DNA from: Burkholderiales bacterium
Lineage (GTDB): Bacteria > Pseudomonadota > Gammaproteobacteria > Burkholderiales > Burkholderiaceae_C
Direction of reading: 5' to 3'
NCBI GenBank assembly: GCA_947474755.1
Contig: CANJJE010000011.1
Coordinates: 30,983 to 94,982 of the forward strand
DNA: 64,000 nt
The notes under the pieces were generated by a model that made no database searches, was not told the origin of the DNA, and saw only the letters and a program-made list of their open reading frames with translations. Shown one piece after another: positions 56,869-64,000 of this stretch. Numbering within the stretch: position 1 is the first letter of the stretch; every line of letters begins with the position of its first letter. The position numbers were made by a program, and so were the translations under genes.

Positions 56869-59156
56869 GGCGTCACCGATTGATGGGGTTGGGCTGCTGT
56901 GCCCTCCTGCATCGCCCACAGGCGCGCATACAGCCCCTGTGGCTGGGCCCGCAGTTCGTCGTGTGTGCCCATCTCGACGACACGCCCCTGGTCCATCACC
57001 ACGATGCGGTTGGCGTTGCGCACCGCGCTCAGGCGGTGAGCGATCACCAGCACCGTGCGGCCCTGGCAGATGTGCGCCATATGGCGTTGGACGATGGCTT
57101 CGCTTTCGTAGTCGAGCGCGCTGGTGGCCTCGTCGAAGATCAGGATGCGCGGCTGGTTGAACAGAGCGCGGGCGATCGCGATTCGCTGGCGCTGGCCGCC
57201 CGACAGGCTGGCGCCTTGCTCGCCGACCAGCGTGTCGTAGCCCTCGGGCAGCTCGCTGATGAACTCGTGCGCTCCCGCCAGTTGCGCGGCGTGCAGCACG
57301 GCCTCGATCGGCGCCGCAGGGTCGGTGATGGCGATGTTCTCGCGCACGCTGCGGTGGAACAGCAGGTTGTCCTGCAGCACCACGCCAATCTGCCGTCGCA
57401 GCTGCGATGCATCGATCAGCCCGATGTCGATCCCATCGATCAGGATGCGGCCCTGCTCCGGCGAATAGAGGCGCTGCACCAGCTTCGTCAGCGTGCTCTT
57501 GCCCGAGCCCGATCGCCCGACGATGCCGATCACCTCGCCTGGGCGGATGTCCAGGCTGAAGCCTTGCAAGGCCGGCGTGGCCTCGGGCCGGTAGCGAAAG
57601 GTGACCTGATCGAGCGTGATCTGGCCGCGGATCGGTGGCAGCTGTGCGGCGCTTGTTCCCTGGCCCATGGCGGGTACCTCGGTGCGCGCGTTCAGCACAT
57701 CGCCGAGCCGGGCCATGGAGATACCCGTCTGCTGGAAGTCGCTCCACATCTGCGCCATGCGCATGATGGGCTGGCTGACGCGGCCGGCAAACATGTTGAA
57801 GGCGACGAACATGCCGACCGTCAACTGCCCTTCGATCACCAGGTGGGCGCCGTACCAGAGCGTGGCGGCATTGACCAGCTTGCCGATCAGGTTGACGCCT
57901 TCATGCGCGAAGCCGGCCAGGGCCTGCGTTCTGAAGCTGGCCGACACATAGGCGGCGAGCTGGTTGTCCCAGCGGCGCGCCATCGCGGGTTCGAGTGCCG
58001 TGGCCTTCACCGTCTGAATGCCGGTCACGGTCTCGACCAGCAGGGCCTGGTTCTCGGCGCCGCGGGCGAATTTCTCGTCGAGCCGGGCGCGAAGCACCGG
58101 CACCACCATCCAGCTCAGGGCGAGGTAGAGCGGAATCGAAACCAGCACGATCAATGTCAGCGGCACGCTGTAGGCGAACATCACCGCAATGAAGACGACC
58201 GAGAACACGACGTCCAGCACCAGCGTCAGCGCGTTGCCGGTCAGGAAGCTGCGGATGTTTTCCAGTTCGCGCACACGGGCGACCGAATCGCCGACGCGGC
58301 GCGCCTGGAAATAGGCCAGCGGCAGGTGCAGCAGATGGCGAAACAGCCGCGCGCCCAGCTCGACATCGATGCGGCTGGTGGTGTGGCTCAAGACGTAGGC
58401 TCGCAGCGCGTTCAGCACGCTCTCGAACACCACCACGACGACGAGGCCGATGACCAGCACATCGAGCGTGTTCAGTCCGCGGTGAACCAGCACCTTGTCC
58501 ATCACGACCTGAAAGAACAGCGGACTGACCAGCGCGAACAGCTGCAGGAACAGGCTGATCGCCAGCACTTCGCCGAACAGGCGGCGGTGTCTGACGAGGC
58601 TCGGAATGAACCAGCTGAAATCGAACCTCGCCAGCTCGCCGGCGAGCGAAGCGCGACTGGTGATCAGGATCAGCTCGCCGGTCCATTGGGCGGCGAAGAC
58701 GTCGAGCGGCTCGATCGTCGGGCGCGCGCCATTCACTGACGAGGTACCCGCGGCACCTGAAGGATCCTGAAACAGCACTCGCTGGCCGTCGCACTGGGCG
58801 AGCACGACGATGCGCGGGTCACTGCCTTCGTCGGGCCTCAACAAGGCCAACGCGGGCAGTGCTGCGAGGTTCAGTCGATCGATGCTGCTGCGGCTGCGCC
58901 TGGCCTTCAGGCCGATCTGCCGCGCTGCGATCAGCAGGTCGTTGATGTCAGCGCGGTGGCTGGCGGACCAGCCGAGTTGATGGGCCAGCGTGGCCGGATC
59001 CGCGGCAATGTGGTGCAGGCGAGCGATCAGGCACAGCGCCCGCAAGCCGCTGTGCGGCGAGGCCTGGGTCGAGGGGGTCGGGTCGGCCGCACGCGGGCCC
59101 GGAGTGAAGACGGACGGATCCTGAGTGTCCGATCGCGCAGTCTCCGGTGGGCCCAT
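56865..59156 (-). CDS. HlyB-type type I secretion ABC transporter (N-terminal C39-like domain, permease, ATPase)
   Basis: Contains an N-terminal CLD-like region (SGLRALCLIARLHHIAADP), Walker A GRSGSGKST, signature LSGGQRQRIAIARAL and Walker B ILIFDEATSALD. ATG 59156 is chosen, and the longest ORF starts at TTG 59174. Confidence 0.9.
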   Translation of the reverse strand: MGPPETARSDTQDPSVFTPGPRAADPTPSTQASPHSGLRALCLIARLHHIAADPATLAHQLGWSASHRADINDLLIAARQIGLKARRSRSSIDRLNLAALPALALLRPDEGSDPRIVVLAQCDGQRVLFQDPSGAAGTSSVNGARPTIEPLDVFAAQWTGELILITSRASLAGELARFDFSWFIPSLVRHRRLFGEVLAISLFLQLFALVSPLFFQVVMDKVLVHRGLNTLDVLVIGLVVVVVFESVLNALRAYVLSHTTSRIDVELGARLFRHLLHLPLAYFQARRVGDSVARVRELENIRSFLTGNALTLVLDVVFSVVFIAVMFAYSVPLTLIVLVSIPLYLALSWMVVPVLRARLDEKFARGAENQALLVETVTGIQTVKATALEPAMARRWDNQLAAYVSASFRTQALAGFAHEGVNLIGKLVNAATLWYGAHLVIEGQLTVGMFVAFNMFAGRVSQPIMRMAQMWSDFQQTGISMARLGDVLNARTEVPAMGQGTSAAQLPPIRGQITLDQVTFRYRPEATPALQGFSLDIRPGEVIGIVGRSGSGKSTLTKLVQRLYSPEQGRILIDGIDIGLIDASQLRRQIGVVLQDNLLFHRSVRENIAITDPAAPIEAVLHAAQLAGAHEFISELPEGYDTLVGEQGASLSGGQRQRIAIARALFNQPRILIFDEATSALDYESEAIVQRHMAHICQGRTVLVIAHRLSAVRNANRIVVMDQGRVVEMGTHDELRAQPQGLYARLWAMQEGTAAQPHQSVTP

Positions 59157-59460
59157 TCGAATTCCCCTCGACAACGTATCCAGACGTTTCAGGTTCAGTC
59201 TGCACTGGCTTCAGCGACGCGCAAATCCCCCCGAACCAGGGAGCGTGCAAGGTCTGACAGGCACCCCCAACGGGGGGATGGCAAGTCGAGGGAAAGCCAG
59301 GCGAGAACGCATGCCCGCGCCGCCATCGACATGGCGCCGACTTTTCCAAAACGACCGTTTCTTCCAAGAACGCGGGCCGGTCTCTTCCTAGAGTCCGGCT
59401 CATGCAACTGTTCATTTCATACCTTCCGCCGTCGGCTCTGGCGCACCCGGGCCGCTGCCA

Positions 59461-60417
59461 ATGAAGCCCACCCAAGCGAACGGCATGCGCTGCGTGCACT
59501 GCACCAGCCTGCATCCGCACTGGGACCGCTCGCTGCCGCCGGCCCATGTGGTGGCCGATGGCGCGGTGATCTCGATGGGCTGCCCCGATGCCTCCAACGG
59601 GCTGCTGGGCCCGAACTCGACGGCGCATGACATTGCCCAGATCGATTTCGGCATGCTCGATCCGCTGTGCGGGCCGATTCACGTGGAAGGTGCCGAGCCG
59701 GGCGATGTGCTGCAGGTCGATGTGCTCGACATCGAGCTGGGCTCGTGGGGCTGGACGGGCCTGCTCAAGGGCTTTGGCCTGCTGGCCGACGAGTTTCCTC
59801 AGTCTTATTTCCGCAGCTTCGATCTGACGCGCCCCGAGGTCGATGTGTTCGGCTGTGCGTTTGCGCTGCGCCCGATGATGGGCGTGCTGGGTGTCGCACC
59901 CGCGGCGCCCGGCGCTTTCGCGTCGATCACCCCCACCAACGCGGGCGGCAACATCGATGTCCGCTACCTCGGTGCCGGCTCCACCATCTACCTGCCGGTG
60001 TTCAACACCGGTGCCTTGCTGTCGGGCGGCGACGGGCACGCGCTGCAGGGCGAGGGCGAGATCTCGGGCACGGCCATCGAGGCGCCGATGACGGCCACGC
60101 TGCGCCTGAAGGTGCTCAAGCAACAGAAGCTGGCCGCGCCGGTGCTCGACTTCTCGACCGCGCCTTACGGCGAGACCGAATACCGCGACTTCCTGGGCAT
60201 CGGCCCCGATCTGTTCCACGCGGCGCGCGACGCCACCCGTTACGCCGTCGATGCCCTGGCGGCGCACTTCAAGGTCGAGCCCTTCGAGGCCTATGCCGTG
60301 CTGGGGATGGTGGGCGAGCTTCGCATCCACGAGATCGTCGACCAGCCGAACTGGGTCGTCGGCTGCATGGTGCCCAGGCGCTTGTTCCAGAGCCGCGCTT
60401 TCTCGTCCGGGGCCTGA
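59461..60417 (+). CDS. acetamidase/formamidase family protein
   Basis: Contains GPIHVEGAEPGDVLQVDVLDI, NAGGNIDVRYL and the downstream GDGHALQGEGEISGTAIE. Confidence 0.8.
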   Translation: MKPTQANGMRCVHCTSLHPHWDRSLPPAHVVADGAVISMGCPDASNGLLGPNSTAHDIAQIDFGMLDPLCGPIHVEGAEPGDVLQVDVLDIELGSWGWTGLLKGFGLLADEFPQSYFRSFDLTRPEVDVFGCAFALRPMMGVLGVAPAAPGAFASITPTNAGGNIDVRYLGAGSTIYLPVFNTGALLSGGDGHALQGEGEISGTAIEAPMTATLRLKVLKQQKLAAPVLDFSTAPYGETEYRDFLGIGPDLFHAARDATRYAVDALAAHFKVEPFEAYAVLGMVGELRIHEIVDQPNWVVGCMVPRRLFQSRAFSSGA

Positions 60418-60459
60418 GCGGCCCGCCGATTTCCCAGCTTCTCAAACCGGAGTCCCACC

Positions 60460-61440
60460 ATGTCGCACCCTGTGTCCCGCCGCCACGTCGGCGCCTTGTG
60501 CCTTGCCTTGTCGAGCCTGTGCGTTGCGCCGTCGATTCACGCGGCCGATGCGCCTTTGCGTATCGGCGTTCCGGTGTGGGTCGGCTGGATGCCGTGGTGG
60601 GTCGCGCAGGAAAAGGGCCTGTTTGCCAAGCGCGGCGTGAGCGTCGAGCTGCGCAACTTCGCGGTGCAGGGCGATGCCGTCACCGCGCTGGCCGGCGGCA
60701 ATCTCGATGCGGCCAGCCTGGCGACCAATGACGTCCTCACCATCAACGCTGCCGGCCCGAAGGCGTCGGTGGTGCTGCTGCACGACGAATCTGCCGGCGC
60801 CGACATGCTGATCACCCGCGGCATCGACACGCCGCAGGCCTTGAAGGGTCAGCGCATCGCCCTGGAGGTCGGTGGCGTGAGCCACTTCTTCCTGACCAAG
60901 CTGCTGGCCAAGTACGGGATGAGCGAGAAGGATGTGACGCTGGTGAACATGGCCGCGCCCGATGCCGGTGCTGCCTTCACCGCGAAGTCGATCAAGGCGG
61001 CGGTCACCTGGGAGCCCTTCGGCACGCAGGGCGTCAAGTCGGGTGGCAAGCTGCTGCTGACCAGCAAGGACACCCCGGGCGCCATCGTCGATGTGCTGAG
61101 CGTCAGAAACGAGGTGCTGAAGTCGAATCCCGAACAGGTGCGCCGTTTGGTGGCCGTCTGGTTCGACGCGCTCGATTACGTCAGGAAGCACCAGGCCGAG
61201 TCATTCAAGATCATGGCCAAGGCGTCGGGCGTGTCGGTGGCTGAATTCGGCGAGATGTGGAAGGGTGTCCGCATTCCCACGCTGGCCGACAACCAGGCGG
61301 CTCTGGGCTCAAAAGGCACCCCGGGCACTTATGGCGCCACGGTGGGCGAGATGAGTCAGTTCATGGTCTCGCAGAAACTGCTGTCCAGCCCGGTGGCCGC
61401 AGGCAGCATGGTGAGCGGCGACTTCCTCCCCGCGAAGTAA
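60460..61440 (+). CDS. ABC transporter periplasmic substrate-binding protein (NMT1/NitT/TauT-like)
   Basis: A signal peptide, then LRIGVPVWVGWMPWWVAQEKGLFAKRGV and a general family pattern. Confidence 0.7.
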   Translation: MSHPVSRRHVGALCLALSSLCVAPSIHAADAPLRIGVPVWVGWMPWWVAQEKGLFAKRGVSVELRNFAVQGDAVTALAGGNLDAASLATNDVLTINAAGPKASVVLLHDESAGADMLITRGIDTPQALKGQRIALEVGGVSHFFLTKLLAKYGMSEKDVTLVNMAAPDAGAAFTAKSIKAAVTWEPFGTQGVKSGGKLLLTSKDTPGAIVDVLSVRNEVLKSNPEQVRRLVAVWFDALDYVRKHQAESFKIMAKASGVSVAEFGEMWKGVRIPTLADNQAALGSKGTPGTYGATVGEMSQFMVSQKLLSSPVAAGSMVSGDFLPAK

Positions 61441-61445
61441 GCCCG

Positions 61446-62294
61446 TCACTGCTGCCGCATCGGGTGCCGATACCGGTGCGGTGGCACGCCCACCCAGCGG
61501 GTGAAGGTCGTCGTCAGATGCGACTGATCGAAAAAGCCGCATTGCAGGGCGATGTCGGCAATGCTCAGCTTGCTGTCGCGCAGCAGCTCCTGGGCGCGCT
61601 GCGTGCGAAGCGCAATCAGGTACTGCTGCGGCGACCTGGCGGAGGCGGCCTTGAAGGCCTTGCCGAACTGGTGAGGCCCCAGGCCGGCGACGGCTGCAAG
61701 GTCCGCGATGGCGATGGGCTCGTGCAGGCGTGCCAGGCAGTGGTCGTGAATGCGCGCCAGCGTCGCCTCGGAAAGTTTTCCGCGAACCGGGGGTCTCGCC
61801 AGCCTGCGCGTTCCCGACGCGCTGCGCAGCAGGCCGCAGATCAGGGTGCCTTCGATCGATTCGGCAAAGCTGCGGCCGAGCGCGTCGCCGCGGCGCGCCT
61901 CTGCCCAGGCGCGTCTGCACAGTTCTGCGAGGAAAGGGTCCTTGAAGGCCCGAAGTCGCAAGGTGTCGAGTTCGTGTTCCTCGCTGCCGGATTCGCCGGC
62001 CACGCGGGCGACCGTCTCTTCGTCGATCGAGATCATCAGATGCCGCTGCTCGCCGGACAGCTGCAGCGTGGCCTCGACATGCGGTGGCGTGATCGGCGCG
62101 AACATGCCCGGATGCAGCCACTGCGTGTGCCAGCGGTCGTCCACCCGGTACGACAGCCGCGCCTCCCCCTGCAGCACGAGGCACAGCGTGTAGCGCGCGG
62201 TCGGCGCGTCGTGCAGTTCGGTGGCGGGCAGCATCACGTCCTCGAAGGAGACCGTGGGTGCGGGCCGTGGCGAGTGCGCAGCGATTGGATTCAT
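61446..62294 (-). CDS. AraC-family transcriptional regulator
   Basis: The C-terminal double HTH reads IADLAAVAGLGPHQFGKAFK, then IADIALQCGFFDQSHLTTTFTRWVGVPPHRYR. ATG 62294 overlaps the upstream stop (ATGA). Confidence 0.85.
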   Translation of the reverse strand: MNPIAAHSPRPAPTVSFEDVMLPATELHDAPTARYTLCLVLQGEARLSYRVDDRWHTQWLHPGMFAPITPPHVEATLQLSGEQRHLMISIDEETVARVAGESGSEEHELDTLRLRAFKDPFLAELCRRAWAEARRGDALGRSFAESIEGTLICGLLRSASGTRRLARPPVRGKLSEATLARIHDHCLARLHEPIAIADLAAVAGLGPHQFGKAFKAASARSPQQYLIALRTQRAQELLRDSKLSIADIALQCGFFDQSHLTTTFTRWVGVPPHRYRHPMRQQ

Positions 62295-63604
62295 CGAGGT
62301 CTCCCGCAGGTAGATGCCTGCCCGGTGCCCGCAGCACTTCCCGTGCCGGGGTGAACTGAACCCGCTTGCAAGGCCTCGATCTGATCGGCAATCCGATCCG
62401 CCGCATCGCTGTCCTCGGCCATCAGCGTCGCGTGGTGCCGGCAGTCCGCTGCGATCGAGGCGTCGCTTGTCAGCCGGGCCAGGGCGTCGCTCCACTCCCG
62501 CACCGGGCTGCGTGCGCTCAGCCGCAGCCCCACGCCGCGCTTGACGAGGCGGGCGGCGTTGTCGAACTGGTCGTGCGCGAAGGGCGCCACGCCTTGCGGC
62601 AGGCCTGCGGCCAGGGCCTGCGCGGTGGTGCCGATGCCGCCGTGGTGCACCAGCGCGGCCAGCCGGGGCAGCAGTGCGTCGAAGGGTGCATAGCTCACCG
62701 CGTGGGCGTGGGGCGGCAGCGGGTGGGGCAGCTGGTCGGCATAGGGCGTGATCAGCAGCGCGCGCTGGTTCAAAGCGGCCGATGCGGCCAGTGCCCGTGC
62801 GAAGAAGTCGCGGCCGTGCGCCATGGCCGAGCCGGGCGTGAAGCCGATCGGTGCCGGGCCCGCATTCAGGAAGCTCAGCAGCGCGGGGTCCAGCGACTGC
62901 GCCGCCGTGCCCGACCATCTGGCGAAGCCGGTGGTCACCGCCTGCACAGGCCAGTCAGTCTGCTTCGGTGAAAACCACTCCGGCCAGGCGCACACCACGC
63001 GCTGCGGGCTGTTCACCCACCGGCTCAGCAGTCGGCGCGCCGGCGGCAGGCCCAGGTCACGGCGGATGCGGTCGAAGCCGGGTGCCATCACGCGGTCGAT
63101 GAAGCCGCGCTCGATGGCCGCCTGGATCAGCCGCACCAGCGCAGGCGGCCAGCCGCTCAGGTCGCCCAGCCCGGGGATCACGGCCGGCGCCTGCGCCGAC
63201 CACATGCACACCGGCGACAGGTGCACCATCGCCGCAGGTATGCGGTGGGTTTCCTGCGCCAGCCGCACGTGCAGAGCCAGTGTGCTGCCCACCAGCACTG
63301 TGCGGCCGGGCTGCGCGCGCGCCACCAGCAGGCGGTGCGCCTCGACCAACCGCTGCGCAATGGCTAGCCACAGCACCGGAAAGGAGGTGCGCGGGTTCCA
63401 CAGGTCGGGGTGGTGCACCACCTGGGCAAATTCGGCCTCGGTGCCCACCGGCGTGCAGGTCAGGCCCGCCGCTTCGATGCGTGGCGCGAAATGGGGCGAG
63501 GTGACCAGTTCCACCTCGTGCCCGCGCCGCGCCAGCGCCTGGCCGATCGCGATGAAGGGGTGCACGTCACCGGCGCTGCCGACGCAGGAAATCAGGATGT
63601 GCAT
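62291..63604 (-). CDS. glycosyltransferase family 1, MGT/UDP-glycosyltransferase (RhlB/GtfB-like)
   Basis: N-terminal MHILISCVGSAGDVHPFIAIGQAL and C-terminal HHGGIGTTAQALAAGLPQGVAPFAHDQFDNA. Confidence 0.8.
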   Translation of the reverse strand: MHILISCVGSAGDVHPFIAIGQALARRGHEVELVTSPHFAPRIEAAGLTCTPVGTEAEFAQVVHHPDLWNPRTSFPVLWLAIAQRLVEAHRLLVARAQPGRTVLVGSTLALHVRLAQETHRIPAAMVHLSPVCMWSAQAPAVIPGLGDLSGWPPALVRLIQAAIERGFIDRVMAPGFDRIRRDLGLPPARRLLSRWVNSPQRVVCAWPEWFSPKQTDWPVQAVTTGFARWSGTAAQSLDPALLSFLNAGPAPIGFTPGSAMAHGRDFFARALAASAALNQRALLITPYADQLPHPLPPHAHAVSYAPFDALLPRLAALVHHGGIGTTAQALAAGLPQGVAPFAHDQFDNAARLVKRGVGLRLSARSPVREWSDALARLTSDASIAADCRHHATLMAEDSDAADRIADQIEALQAGSVHPGTGSAAGTGQASTCGRPR

Positions 63605-63678
63605 GGCGCATTGTGTGCAGACCGACAATCGTGCCGAGCGCATCGCGTGACCGCGATCGGATCCAACCCCTCATCCTG

Positions 63679-64000
63679 ATGCAGATCGACCACATCCGAC
63701 ACCGCCTTCGTGCCCACGGCGCCATGCCTTGCCACGAGCACCGGGTGCTGCGGCTGTGGTCGAACGCGCTGTCGCAAGGCAGCGGCAAGCGCAAGCCGCA
63801 GGACTTCCTGCCGCTGGGCGTGCGTGCCGAGCTGCCGGCGATCGAGGCCGATCTGCAGGGGCTGGCGCGTCTGTTATCGGAGCACCCGGGCGACGATGGC
63901 TCGGCGCGGCTGCTCGTCGGGCTGCACGACGGGCAGACGGTCGAGGCGGTGCTGCTGCCGCGCGATGGCGTGTGCGTGTCGACACAGGTGGGCTGCGCGG
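63679..64000 (+). CDS. RlmN/Cfr-family radical SAM methyltransferase (5' part, runs off the window edge)
   Basis: From ATG 63679 it reads MQIDHIRHRLRAHGAMPCHEHRVLRLW and continues through TVEAVLLPRDGVCVSTQVGCA, ending just inside the CxxxCxxC region. It is not in the ORF track because no stop lies in the window. Confidence 0.6.
   Translation, partial: MQIDHIRHRLRAHGAMPCHEHRVLRLWSNALSQGSGKRKPQDFLPLGVRAELPAIEADLQGLARLLSEHPGDDGSARLLVGLHDGQTVEAVLLPRDGVCVSTQVGCA

Noticed and set aside
55447-57747. A 766-aa ORF that looks like a fused ABC-HlyD protein.
   Set aside because: Only the C-terminal 473 aa (from ATG 56868) are HlyD-like. The N-terminal ~290 aa are an out-of-frame reading of the 3' half of the hlyB-like gene, whose own frame contains intact Walker and signature motifs.
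58948-60330. A 460-aa minus-strand ORF bridging the T1SS promoter region and the formamidase gene.
   Set aside because: It is antisense to a formamidase-family gene with clear motifs, crosses a 290-bp intergenic region, and has no recognisable domain.

Overview
This is a high-GC chromosomal segment (well above 60 % GC by eye). The housekeeping gene order amiC-tsaE / queG / xerD / phosphomannomutase / waaA suggests a Burkholderiales-type beta-proteobacterium, which is inference only. All calls rest on motif recognition in the supplied ORF translations and on hand inspection of the DNA; no searches were run.

Layout:
- (1) 1-1310: DUF58 (partial) and MoxR ATPase.
- (2) ~1.5-34.1 kb: one very large envelope-lipid/glycan supercluster. 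It holds a Caulobacter-type sphingoid-base module (fatty acyl-AMP ligase, dedicated ACP, serine-palmitoyltransferase-like alpha-oxoamine synthase). It also holds a second FAAL-ACP fusion with a P450 and an Sfp-type PPTase; two paralogous CDP-alcohol phosphatidyltransferases; two NTP-transferases; and a GNAT-like protein, a HIT protein, a metallophosphoesterase and a Tam41-like protein. The remaining members are an embedded LptF/LptG-like permease pair; several glycosyltransferases; a NeuB / NeuA-HAD nonulosonic-acid module; an SDR; an LpxL-type acyltransferase; an MsbA-like ABC exporter; a DAG-kinase-fold lipid kinase; and a membrane desaturase. I interpret this as a candidate pathway for a complex phospho/glyco-sphingolipid-like outer-membrane lipid with its own export route.
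- (3) 34.1-41.0 kb: housekeeping genes (amiC, tsaE, queG, xerD, phosphomannomutase, waaA).
- (4) 41.0-45.0 kb: a rearranged patch with two interleaved pairs of direct repeats, back-to-back gene fragments (RTX tail, pbpC), an MCP gene, DUF4149, an HNH protein and higBA.
- (5) 45.0-59.2 kb: a type I secretion locus. It encodes a 2938-aa RTX protein with an N-terminal class-3 lipase domain followed by a FrpC-like Asp-Pro self-processing module. Two low-GC paralogous small membrane-anchored proteins (candidate immunity/accessory proteins) sit between the toxin gene and the hlyD/hlyB-like genes, next to a decayed glycosyltransferase remnant.
- (6) 59.4-64.0 kb: formamidase-family gene, ABC substrate-binding protein, AraC regulator coupled to an MGT-type glycosyltransferase, and the 5' part of an RlmN/Cfr-family radical SAM gene.

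No rRNA, tRNA, CRISPR array, transposase or integrase (other than xerD) was recognised. Many long ORFs in the track are antisense or out-of-frame artefacts of the high GC content.
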